DNA of 64,000 bases from the NCBI GenBank assembly GCA_963695345.1, contig OY968769.1:2497993-2561992 (forward strand). The letters are read 5' to 3'. The position numbers and the translations under genes are program-made. This DNA comes from an uncultured Methanomassiliicoccales archaeon. GTDB lineage: Archaea > Thermoplasmatota > Thermoplasmata > Methanomassiliicoccales > UBA472. This document shows, piece by piece, positions 1-9,723 of the stretch (positions are counted from its first letter, which is position 1; every line of letters begins with the position of its first letter). The notes under the pieces were generated by a model, which was given only the letters and a program-made list of their open reading frames with translations, had not been told where the DNA came from and ran no database searches.

Positions 1-15
1 TCTGGAGGCACAACC

Positions 16-399
16 ATGAACGAATATGAGAAGACCCTAAATGAGATCAAAGCCGCCATCGGAATCGTGCCTGGGTTCATGAAAGCATTGCCAGAGGATG
101 TCCCTGATCCATAATCGGCCCCTTTGGAAGAGATACTCCTTGGGAGAGACAGAGATGCCGACCAAGTACCGAGAACTAATGGGGCTATCGGTCGCAGCCA
201 ACATTAAATGCTCCTACTGTGCGTTCCTTCACACCGCCATGGATGGCCGGGGCCAACGATGCGGAGATCGCAGAGACCACGTTCCTGGCCAGTCTGACCG
301 CGAGATGGAGCACTATGCTGCATGCCCAATAATACGAAATCAAGACCTTGGAGAAAGAGGGGGAACAGATAGGGGAAATTCCTGTCCAATAATAAGTGA
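16..399 (+). pseudogene. Carboxymuconolactone decarboxylase (CMD/AhpD-like) family gene, disrupted
   Basis: ATG at 16 after GGAGG. Joined frames read MNEYEKTLNEIKAAIGIVPGFMKALPED/LIHNRPLWKRY...KYRELMGLSVAANIKCSYCAFLH/MAGANDAEIAETTFLASLTARWSTMLHAQ*YE. AhpD-type CxxC..H motif, at least two frameshifts and one in-frame TAA. Confidence 0.75.
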
Positions 400-922
400 A
401 AATCTGTTCCTTTGTTTCCCGATTATCCAGAGGAGAATAGTGTTGGCCTCACCTGCGGGGCCTCCATTCCACATAGTTACCATGGGTCCGGTCCGGACTG
501 ACCTTGCACAGTTCCTTTCTGGCGGCCGAACAGCTCCGGAAGAACAGGCAGCTGCTGCAGGACCGTACCACTACAGGTTCTGAGTCAACTCGATGACCGG
601 TTCTTTTCAAATGCCTCGGAGATGCTTCCACGTTCTCGCCCTCTTGGAGGGCAAAAATCGGCTCTCTAGGTATATGCGGTCTTTTCGCCAATTATCAGCA
701 ACAATAATAGCAGGCCATCTCTTGGGCCGGTACTGTGCAATCTGAATGTTCTGGGGGCTCCTGGGCCTCGGAATCCGTTCCATCGCACGAGAGCTGAAAA
801 GATGTCGCATTCATTGGACCAGATAGCCACTTATTGGCTTTCTATCTCAGTTCAATGAATGGGAGGGGTGCGGGATCTCGATCGGATGGAATGAGTTCAT
901 TCAGCCAATTTGGCGATGTTCA

Positions 923-2818
923 CTATCCTCTTATTCCAGAGTGGGGCGCCCGCATGATGAACCGAGCCCCGCTGCCCGCCAAGCCTTCTTCCGATATCCT
1001 TATGCCGGTAATGGAGAGGATCTCGTGCGATAGGAACAGCCCGAAACCATGGTCCTTGCCTGTCCCCCTTATGAACAACTTCTTCCTCAACGAGGCGGAG
1101 ACACCTGTTCCATCGTCCTCGCATGCAATTGCCTTCGTTCCATCTCTCTCCTCTAGGTAGAAACGTATCCGGGTCGTCTTCCCGCCGTGCTTGATGGCGT
1201 TATCGACCAGATTATGGAACACCTTGACTATCAGAGGATCTGCGAACATCTCAACGCTCGATGGAACGTCGTTCTGCAACGTTATCTGTCCCAGATGGAC
1301 CTCGTCCGCGCTCTTGTCCACCAACGCCCTGACGTTCTGCCATGCGGGGATGTGCTCTCCGATGTCCTCATATTCCTTGGTGAACTGGATCATGGAGGAT
1401 ATGCGTTCCGCGGCCGTTTTGGCCTTGATAAGGCGTTGTTCGAAGGAAACGCTTACCGACTCGTTCTCCATAAGTGCCAGATAGCCAGAGAGCGCGACCA
1501 GCTGGTTGTTGATGTCATGCCGGGTGATGCTCGACAAAAGGTTGAGCTTACGATTCGCCAAATGAAGGGCAACCTCTATGTTCTTCCTTTGAGTGATATC
1601 GTGGGAGAAGATGAGGACCCCGCTTTCCCTCTCGCTCGGACCCGGCACATAGGTGAAGACAGATAGGAACCAGTGCTCACTTCCGGAAAAGATGACCAGG
1701 TCCTCGAACTCCATCGGCCCGTCCGAATTCACCGCCTTCTTGATGCGGTCCAGGTAGGTCGTCCCCTTCTCTTCGAACAGGTCTTTGATGTTGCGCCCAA
1801 TAAGATCCTCAGGTTTGCTGTTAAGATATCCGGCGGCGATCGAGTTCATCAGGATCAGGCGCCCTTCCAGGTTCCAGTAGCCCAGACCGATCCCGGCGTT
1901 GTCAAGGATCGCGCGGTGCATGACCTCACTATCTCTCAGATTGCGCTCGGCTTCGATCCGGTCCTTGATGTCGATCCCGAGCCCCATGAAGAACGATGAG
2001 TCCTTGGTGTCGAACCGTTTGCCGGTGAGCAGGTAAGGGACCTCGGATCCATCCTTCATGACCAGCGGGGCCTCGATGCTCGCCTGCCCCACCTCCATCA
2101 AGCTGTTGATGGCTGCCAGGACGGCGTCCGAATTGTCAGGAAGATGCCAGGATAGGACATGCTTTCCGATCATCTCGTCGGCGGTGTAGCCGCTCACTTC
2201 CTGATGGTTCTTGTTCCAACGGACCAGGCGAAGTGATTCCGCCTCGTACAGGTAGAATATCCCGGGTAGGCTGTCCATGAGGGACTCCGAGAAGGCCATT
2301 TCCTTTCCGAGCTCCTCCTGGGCCCGGACGATCTCTTCCAACTGGGCCTGAAGTTCCACTTCTGCCGATTCCAATTCCTCATTGACCACGCGCAGTTCCT
2401 CGTTATGGCTTCGCATCGATTCCTCCGTCCGGTATCGTCTCACCGCCGCGAGGATATGATGGCGGAGTTCCGCGAAAAGAATCTCTGGCTTGTTGTCCTT
2501 CCGGAGATAAGCGTCGGCTCCGTTGTTCAGGGCATCGATGACTATCTCCTCTCGCCCTTTCCCTGTCAATAGGATGAAGGGCGTCCTGTCGTTCTTGCTA
2601 CGCAATGATTTGAGGAACATCATGCCGTCTTCTTCGGGCATCTGATAGTCAGAGACTATGGCATCGTATCCGCCCCGCGAAAGTGCTTTCCTGGCCTCCT
2701 TTACCGAACCGCACATCTGGACCTCGATATCCCCCGGATGGCCCAGATACTCCTTGATCAAGGTACATATGTCTGGTTCATCGTCGATTACCAGTATCTT
2801 GACCTTGGAGGACGCCAT
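923..2818 (-). CDS. Hybrid sensor kinase: REC, coiled coil, 2 PAS, HisKA/HATPase
   Basis: ILVIDDE...VSDYQMP receiver, DITQRK PAC ends, RHDINNQL H-box, N box NLVDNAIKHG, DDGTG and GFGL boxes. Start placed at MASSKVK. Confidence 0.93.
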   Translation of the reverse strand: MASSKVKILVIDDEPDICTLIKEYLGHPGDIEVQMCGSVKEARKALSRGGYDAIVSDYQMPEEDGMMFLKSLRSKNDRTPFILLTGKGREEIVIDALNNGADAYLRKDNKPEILFAELRHHILAAVRRYRTEESMRSHNEELRVVNEELESAEVELQAQLEEIVRAQEELGKEMAFSESLMDSLPGIFYLYEAESLRLVRWNKNHQEVSGYTADEMIGKHVLSWHLPDNSDAVLAAINSLMEVGQASIEAPLVMKDGSEVPYLLTGKRFDTKDSSFFMGLGIDIKDRIEAERNLRDSEVMHRAILDNAGIGLGYWNLEGRLILMNSIAAGYLNSKPEDLIGRNIKDLFEEKGTTYLDRIKKAVNSDGPMEFEDLVIFSGSEHWFLSVFTYVPGPSERESGVLIFSHDITQRKNIEVALHLANRKLNLLSSITRHDINNQLVALSGYLALMENESVSVSFEQRLIKAKTAAERISSMIQFTKEYEDIGEHIPAWQNVRALVDKSADEVHLGQITLQNDVPSSVEMFADPLIVKVFHNLVDNAIKHGGKTTRIRFYLEERDGTKAIACEDDGTGVSASLRKKLFIRGTGKDHGFGLFLSHEILSITGIRISEEGLAGSGARFIMRAPHSGIRG

Positions 2819-3007
2819 TTGGTCTCGTATCATCCAACGAATGAATAATGGTTCTTGCGAGACTATCAAAACTGACATTCAAGAATCGAAGAGTAAACAC
2901 CCTGTCAAAGAATCATAATCCACGCTCTGGACCTCAACGCTTGAAGCGGAGTCCGATATTAATGCGGTAGCTAATATATACCGCAATATTTGATACAAAT
3001 CCTGCAG

Positions 3008-6000
3008 ATGTTTTCCTTGCCGCTTCAAGTCCTTGTGGTCGACGATGAACCGGACCTGTGTACACTGTCAAAGGAATTTCTTGAGATCCCCGGTGACATT
3101 CACGTGGACATCGCCTATTCGGTAAGGGAGGCGAGGGGCTCGCTGGCAAATAAACCGTACCAGGTCATCGTGTCCGATTACCAGATGGCCGTTGAGGACG
3201 GCGTTCAATTCCTGAAATCTCTAAGGTCTCGCGGTGACAGCACCCCATTCATCCTCTTCACTGGCAAAGGCCGCGAGGAAGTGGCCATTGAGGCTCTCAA
3301 CAATGGAGCGGACGCTTACATACAGAAGGGCGGAATGCCAGGACCGATGTATGCGGAGCTCAGGCATCGAATAATGGCGGCAGCCGGGAAAAGGCGGGCG
3401 GAAGAGGAGATCGCCCGCACCCTTTCGATCCTGGAATCGACCATGGAATCCACGGCGGACGGAATAATGGTCGCGGACGGGAAAGGGGCGATCGTCCTGT
3501 CCAATGAAGTGTTCAGGGAAATGTGGGGAATCCCTCAGGAGATCATGGCGGCCAAGGATGATGATAAAGCGTTGGACTTCGTCATTCATCAGATCAAGGA
3601 TCCGGAGCAGTTCCTCGCAACGGTAAGGGACCTTTACGGAGCTCCCGATAAGATCAGTTTCGACGTCATCGAGCTGAATGATGGCCGTGTTTTTGAACGG
3701 TACTCCAGACCGCAAAAGATCGGCTCAATTGTGATTGGTCGTGTCTGGAGCTTCCGCGACGTCACTGAGAGGAAGAGGATGGAGATGTCGCAGAGGGAAA
3801 GCGACGCGCTGTATCGCTCGATCCTCAATGCATCGCCCGATGCGATCATCGTTATTGATACCCTAGGCAAAATACTGATGGCATCCCCTGCCGGATATGT
3901 CATGTTCGGCCTAAACAAGGAGGAAGATGTCAAAGGACGATCGATCATGGATTTTCTCTCGCCCAAGGAAAGGGAGAGGGCAATAGCCAACATTCGATCG
4001 ATTCTAAACGGAGCCTTCATCGGCCCCGACGAATTCCAAGCCATTCGAATCGATGGCAGCTCACTGGTCGTGGAGGTGAACACCGACCTGATCAAGGACC
4101 TTGATGGTCATCCATCGGAATTGATCATAGTCATCCGGGACATCACCCAACGGAAGAGGTTGGAGATTGAACTTTCCGAGAGCGACGAGTTCCATCGCCA
4201 ACTGATGTCCAACATATCGATGGGAGTGGTCATCATCGATCCGCTGACCCGAATCATCGAGAATGTGAATGGCGCGGCAGCCGCGATGTTCGGCGCCGCC
4301 GAGGGAAAGATCATCGGGAACAGATGTCATTCGTTTCTCTGCCCAGCAGAGGAAGGGCGCTGTCCGGTTTGTGATCTCGGGAAAGAGGTGGACAATTCAG
4401 AGAAGATACTGCTTTGTGCCGATGGAGGCAAACGCTCGATCATAAAGACGGTCAAGAAGACCAACATCAATGGTCGAGAGAAGCTGCTGGAATGTTTCGT
4501 TGACATCACCGAACATAAGAGGGATGAAGAAGCCTTAAGGGCCAGCGACGGCCGGTTCCGGGCCTTGTTCGAATCCTTCGGCGATACCATGTGGGTCATC
4601 GATCAGGAGACGGGGAACATAATCGACGTCAACCCGGCGGCGACACAGATGTATGGATACACCAAGGAGGAGTTCCTCACCTTTGCCCTGACCAAGGTTT
4701 CCACCGACCCCGAGGGCACCATTAGCCTCCTTCGCAATCCAGGTCGAAGTCACCTTCCACTCCGGTATCATAGACGCAAGGATGGATCGATCATACCAGT
4801 GGAGATAACCTCAAACACATTCCAGGTCGATGGAAGGACACTTGTCATCGGTACGGTCCGGGACATAACAGAACAGATAAATGCCCAGAAGGAAATCGAA
4901 GAGAGCGAAGCGAAATATCGTGGTCTTTTCGACAACATGCAGGACATGGTCGCTTTTCTGCGCCTGATCCGGGATGAGCGGGGCGTGGCAACCGACGGGA
5001 CATTGATCGATGCGAATATGGCGGCACTGACAACATTGAGGCAACCCACCCTGGATAAGGTTCGGGGAAAAACGATAGAAGCGTTTCTCAGCCCTGATTC
5101 GGCCTCAAGATTACGCCGCAATATCCTGAATATGGAACAGACCGGAAAACCGTTGACCGATGAGATACATTCAGAGATCGTAGACCGGGATTTCCTCACC
5201 ACCATCGTACCACTGGGCGAAGACAACGTAATCATCACCAGCACCGACATCACTGAGCGCAAGAAAGCCGAGAGTGAAAGGCTGAAGGCCATTCAAAGAT
5301 ATGAAAATCTGGCCTCCAGGATCAAGGTCGGAATTTACCTTCTGCGCAATACATCTGAAGGGGCGTTCTCGTTCGACTATGTCAGTCCCAAGATGGCCGA
5401 ACTTTTCGACGTCGAAGTTGGGCCATTGCTCAATGATGCTTATATCCTGTTCGGATCGATCCATCCCGAAGATCTGGATGACCTTATCAAACTGAATGAG
5501 GAAAAGACCCGGCTGAAGCAGCTCTTTGAATGGGAAGGGCGCATCATAACGAAAGACGAACATACCAGATGGTTGAGGCTCGAATCATCCCCAGAGCCTC
5601 TTCCGAGTGGCGATACCTTGTTCCACGGGATCGCCATCGACATCACAGAACAGAAGAGGATGGAAGAAGCGTTGCGGGACGGCGAGGAGAAGTTCCGCGA
5701 GATATTCAACCATGCGAACGACGCGATCCGCGTGCATGAGATCGACGATATGGGCGTTCCTGGGCAATTTGTAGATATCAATGATGTTGCATGCCGCACG
5801 CTTGGCTATACTCGGGAGGAGATGCTCCGAATGAAACCATCGGACATTTCGACAGGTTTCTACAAACCAAGCTTCCCATGTGTGTTAGCGGCTCTCGAGA
5901 ATGAGGGCTGGGCGAAATTCGAGACTGAGCATCGACACAAGGACGGAACGATCATCCCGGTCGAGATTAACGCTCATATCGCGAGATTCCAGGGTAAGAG

Positions 6001-6721
6001 AAATACGATCGCGGTCTGCCGTGATATCTCGGAGAACAAACGTCAGATGAACGCCCTAAGGACCGCGAATGAGAAGCTAAACCTTCTATCCGGCATCACC
6101 CGCCATGATATCAGGAATCAATTGATGACCTTATCCGGTTTTTTGGAACTGATCGATTGTGAGGAGAACCGCGACCAATGCGATCAGCATCTCCAGAAGG
6201 CCAAGGCCGCCGCCAACCGGATCTCCGCCATGATCCAATTCACAAAGACCTATGAGGATATAGGGGTGAACGCACCAGTATGGCAAAATGTCAGGGAATT
6301 GGTGGACATATGCTACAAGGGTGTGCCGGCAGGGCAGATACACTTAATGAACGATGTGCCACCGGGGGTTGAGATATTCATCGATCCTCTCATTGTGAAG
6401 GTTTTCCATAATCTGGTCGATAACGCCATCAAGCACGGCGGGAAGACGACCACGATCCGATTCTTCCTGGAGGAAATAAACGGGATAAGTTCGGTCATAT
6501 GTACGGACGATGGGGACGGGGTCCCGCCCGAGGCGAAGAACTGTCTTTTCAGGAAAGGATTCGGTAAGGACCACGGTCTCGGCCTATTCCTTTCCAGAGA
6601 GATCCTCGCCATCACTGGGATAACGATCGCTGAGGTGGGTTGTCTAGGTGAGGGAGCGAAGTTCCGTATGACAATACCATCTGGGGGACTCCGGACAAGT
6701 CCCGCCTGTTCCGACACTTGA
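3008..6721 (+). CDS. Hybrid sensor kinase: REC, ~7 PAS, HisKA/HATPase
   Basis: VLVVDDE receiver, repeated D(I/V)TE(R/Q)K PAC ends, RHDIRNQL H-box, DDGDG and GLGL boxes. Confidence 0.93.
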   Translation: MFSLPLQVLVVDDEPDLCTLSKEFLEIPGDIHVDIAYSVREARGSLANKPYQVIVSDYQMAVEDGVQFLKSLRSRGDSTPFILFTGKGREEVAIEALNNGADAYIQKGGMPGPMYAELRHRIMAAAGKRRAEEEIARTLSILESTMESTADGIMVADGKGAIVLSNEVFREMWGIPQEIMAAKDDDKALDFVIHQIKDPEQFLATVRDLYGAPDKISFDVIELNDGRVFERYSRPQKIGSIVIGRVWSFRDVTERKRMEMSQRESDALYRSILNASPDAIIVIDTLGKILMASPAGYVMFGLNKEEDVKGRSIMDFLSPKERERAIANIRSILNGAFIGPDEFQAIRIDGSSLVVEVNTDLIKDLDGHPSELIIVIRDITQRKRLEIELSESDEFHRQLMSNISMGVVIIDPLTRIIENVNGAAAAMFGAAEGKIIGNRCHSFLCPAEEGRCPVCDLGKEVDNSEKILLCADGGKRSIIKTVKKTNINGREKLLECFVDITEHKRDEEALRASDGRFRALFESFGDTMWVIDQETGNIIDVNPAATQMYGYTKEEFLTFALTKVSTDPEGTISLLRNPGRSHLPLRYHRRKDGSIIPVEITSNTFQVDGRTLVIGTVRDITEQINAQKEIEESEAKYRGLFDNMQDMVAFLRLIRDERGVATDGTLIDANMAALTTLRQPTLDKVRGKTIEAFLSPDSASRLRRNILNMEQTGKPLTDEIHSEIVDRDFLTTIVPLGEDNVIITSTDITERKKAESERLKAIQRYENLASRIKVGIYLLRNTSEGAFSFDYVSPKMAELFDVEVGPLLNDAYILFGSIHPEDLDDLIKLNEEKTRLKQLFEWEGRIITKDEHTRWLRLESSPEPLPSGDTLFHGIAIDITEQKRMEEALRDGEEKFREIFNHANDAIRVHEIDDMGVPGQFVDINDVACRTLGYTREEMLRMKPSDISTGFYKPSFPCVLAALENEGWAKFETEHRHKDGTIIPVEINAHIARFQGKRNTIAVCRDISENKRQMNALRTANEKLNLLSGITRHDIRNQLMTLSGFLELIDCEENRDQCDQHLQKAKAAANRISAMIQFTKTYEDIGVNAPVWQNVRELVDICYKGVPAGQIHLMNDVPPGVEIFIDPLIVKVFHNLVDNAIKHGGKTTTIRFFLEEINGISSVICTDDGDGVPPEAKNCLFRKGFGKDHGLGLFLSREILAITGITIAEVGCLGEGAKFRMTIPSGGLRTSPACSDT

Positions 6722-6928
6722 ACAACCGAACAGGGATGCTGAGATCATCTACCATATAATGCTGGATGTTCTCGTTCGGGCGTTTAACGAACACCATTCC
6801 CGTCGATCGCCTTCTACCAAGTGGATCGCGTCCCCTGGAACATTGTATTGATATCAATCTACCAGAATTTTTTCTTAGATAAGAATTATTATATCTGGAA
6901 TGAACATACGGGTGTAGAGGGATGCACT

Positions 6929-8176
6929 ATGCCAAGTTCTTTTGTAAAGGATGCGCTAGCTAATGCTGGCGTAAAACAACCAGCCAATGCAAGCATGGGA
7001 AATCAACAAGCACCGGCCCAGCCAGCCTATCAACCGGCAGCTCCGGTCATGAGCGCCTCCGATGAGGAATTGCTCAGGATAGCGGCTTCGTTGGACGTTT
7101 GTATCAAGATCGTCGGCTGTGGCGGTGGCGGAAGCAACACCATCAACCGCTGTGTCGATGCCGGAATAGCTGGCGGACAGCTCTGCGCTATCAACACGGA
7201 TGCCAAGCACCTGTTGACCATCAGGGCACCGAAAAAGATCCTGATCGGAAAGTCCAAGACCCGCGGGCTGGGAGCTGGAGCTAGGCCCGAGGTCGGAGAG
7301 GAATCCGCGCGCGAGAACGACAGCGAGATCAGGGATTTCTTGGCCGGCGCTAACATCGTATTCGTCACCGCGGGAATGGGCGGCGGCACCGGGACCGGCT
7401 CGGCGCACTACGTCGCCGGTATCGCCAAGGAGCAGATCAGGGCGCTAACCCTGGGCATCGTCACCCTGCCGTTCAAGGCAGAGGGAACGATGCGTATGGA
7501 GAACGCACTGTCCGGGCTGAACAAGCTGAGGCAGGTGTGCGACACGACCATCGTCGTACCGAACGACAAGCTTCTGGAAATGGTCCCGAAACTGCCGGTC
7601 GAAGCTGCCTTCAAGGTGGCGGACGAGGTCCTGATGCAGACCATCAAGGGACTCACCGAGATCATCACCAAGCCAGGCCTGGTCAATCTCGACTACGCCG
7701 ATATCCAGACCGTCATGAACGAGGGCGGTGTGGCATTCGTCGGTATCGGTGAAGGGAACACCGACAACGATGACCGCGTGGGAGCGGCCGTGCACGAGGC
7801 GCTGACCTCCCCGATGCTGGGCGAGGTCGACCTGAAGGGAGCCAAGGGCGCCTTGATCCGTGTTGTCGGAGGGCCCGACATGACCGTAGGAGAGGCCCAG
7901 AGGGCTGCGGAGATCGTCACCAAATCCATCAGCGAGAGGGCCCGGATCATCTGGGGATGCTCGATCGAGCCAGAACTGACCGGCACCATCAAGATCCTGC
8001 TGATCATCACCGGGGCCAAGAGCCAGTACATGCTCGACGGCCGCGGAATGAACGGCATGAACACCCAGCCTTCGAGGGGAGCGCCTCAAACCCAGTATGC
8101 GCGCAACCCCGCCCCCCAACCGCAGCAGTACCAGCAATCAAGACAGCGCGACGATGATGTAGACTTCGTGCGCTGA
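6929..8176 (+). CDS. ftsZ: Cell division protein FtsZ (archaeal type, Q/P-rich termini)
   Basis: [17 protein letters not shown], tubulin signature [19 protein letters not shown]7 loop. Start placed at MPSSF. Confidence 0.97.
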   Translation: MPSSFVKDALANAGVKQPANASMGNQQAPAQPAYQPAAPVMSASDEELLRIAASLDVCIKIVGCGGGGSNTINRCVDAGIAGGQLCAINTDAKHLLTIRAPKKILIGKSKTRGLGAGARPEVGEESARENDSEIRDFLAGANIVFVTAGMGGGTGTGSAHYVAGIAKEQIRALTLGIVTLPFKAEGTMRMENALSGLNKLRQVCDTTIVVPNDKLLEMVPKLPVEAAFKVADEVLMQTIKGLTEIITKPGLVNLDYADIQTVMNEGGVAFVGIGEGNTDNDDRVGAAVHEALTSPMLGEVDLKGAKGALIRVVGGPDMTVGEAQRAAEIVTKSISERARIIWGCSIEPELTGTIKILLIITGAKSQYMLDGRGMNGMNTQPSRGAPQTQYARNPAPQPQQYQQSRQRDDDVDFVR

Positions 8177-8202
8177 ACTTGGGGGCAAACGAGAACTGCG
8201 TC

Positions 8203-8256
8203 GGCGGACGCACCCTTCCCATGCGGAAGGGGCGTCCGATATTCGGGTGCGCCGCC
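8203..8256 (+). other. GC-rich stem-loop just downstream of ftsZ (terminator or 3' stability element)
   Basis: CGGACGC-A-CCCTTCC / CATGC loop / GGAAGGG-GCGTCCG at 8205-8238, with an alternative complement at 8245-8256. Confidence 0.55.
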
Positions 8257-8656
8257 TTACTGATAGCAGGATAGGTTACAGGGTCCATCAAAAATGGATC
8301 GGATTAATCACCTGTTTCATATCCCACTACAGTCGAAGTGCACCCTCTATGCAACCGGCGACGCGCACGAGCTACGATGCATTCCTCGGCCTTATCCATG
8401 GACCGGCGTCAACCCTTTTCATTTCTTGCTCTCAATTCTCATGTCGAGAACAAACTCGATGGCGTATCATCAATACAGGTCAGTCAACACAACATTGACC
8501 CAACAATCGCATGTTGATCTATCTTAGGAGTTCCTTTTTCGCTCAGGGAGGCAATGTATCTCCCCCATTTCGCCTCGTTCCATTCTGATATGGACATTAT
8601 CCAGAACGACCGATGACGAAGCTTGACAAATTCGATCGCTGATACAAATCTCAGTC

Positions 8657-9502
8657 CTATTCTTCCGAAATGTCAACCAGCGGATTTACCTTCTTGATCG
8701 CCTGCTCGAAATAATCCGGGTCGGTCAGAACAACGGACACGGCTTCGTTCACGCAGAACTCCGCACATCTCCCACAACCCCTGCAGGTCGAACCATCGAT
8801 GGTCGCCTTACCGTCAACCATGGTGATGGCACGGACAAAGCAGATGTCCTGCTCAACGCACATCCCGCAGCCGGTACAGAGTTCTTCGATCACCTGCACC
8901 TCAAGACCGGGGAGCCGGGCCACTCCGGAGCCGATCGTTTCGTTCAGTTCCGGCAACATCTTCCAAAGGCAGCAACACTGGCAGCAATTGCAGATCGAGA
9001 GAAGATCTTCCTTCGGACCGGTATTTAGCCATAGGCTGTCGATCTTGTTTCTGCCAATGAGGTGCACCAGGCCGGCATCCCGGGCCTTCTTCATATGTTC
9101 GATGGCTTGCTCTGAGTCGACACGGCGGCCCATCTTCTCCGGGATACGGGTGACGCCGCGTCCGAGGAATATGCAACCAAGCTCATGCGGGTAGTCATGG
9201 CAATGGTTCGCCTCGCGGCACATGCAGGCGTTCATGATGAAAATATACCGTGAACGCCGCAGGAAATGATCGATGACCTGGGAGGGCAGTATGATGTTGC
9301 TTACTCCGACCTCATGGTTGAGTTCGATGACCGTTCTCCTCACGGTCACATCACGGGGAAGATACATCATTTCGTCCCGCTCAAACAGGGCAAATTCAAC
9401 CATCCGCCCAACCAACGGCAATCGGGTAAGTCGGGCTCCTAGGAATCTTTGCTTGAAGGTCGAACGGATCAACCGCGAGAACAGATCGGTACGGAGGCCC
9501 AT
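8657..9502 (-). CDS. 4Fe-4S dicluster-containing protein
   Basis: CMCR...C, ICNCCQCCC, and C-terminal ferredoxin motifs CTGCGMC...C and CRGCGRCAEFC. Confidence 0.88.
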   Translation of the reverse strand: MGLRTDLFSRLIRSTFKQRFLGARLTRLPLVGRMVEFALFERDEMMYLPRDVTVRRTVIELNHEVGVSNIILPSQVIDHFLRRSRYIFIMNACMCREANHCHDYPHELGCIFLGRGVTRIPEKMGRRVDSEQAIEHMKKARDAGLVHLIGRNKIDSLWLNTGPKEDLLSICNCCQCCCLWKMLPELNETIGSGVARLPGLEVQVIEELCTGCGMCVEQDICFVRAITMVDGKATIDGSTCRGCGRCAEFCVNEAVSVVLTDPDYFEQAIKKVNPLVDISEE

Positions 9503-9723
9503 CAGGATATCGTATTGACAGGATGGGTATATCAATTTGAGGGGAAATAACAAAGAACTGGATAGGATTGGGATCATCGCGTAAAGGAATCAGCATGATA
9601 CATGGCCATGCTGGAAACAACGAATAATTCTGATTTTCTAAGGAATCAAATCTGATTCAGGGACAATCAGTCTTAAAGCAGCAAAATTCGTCGCCTTGAC
9701 GATCTTAAAGGGTTTGACATAAA

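Noticed and set aside
920-925. TAG stops as pyrrolysine codons in general
   Set aside because: The TAG-ending genes are complete at the TAG (here TAG is followed directly by TGA), and no pyl genes are in the window.
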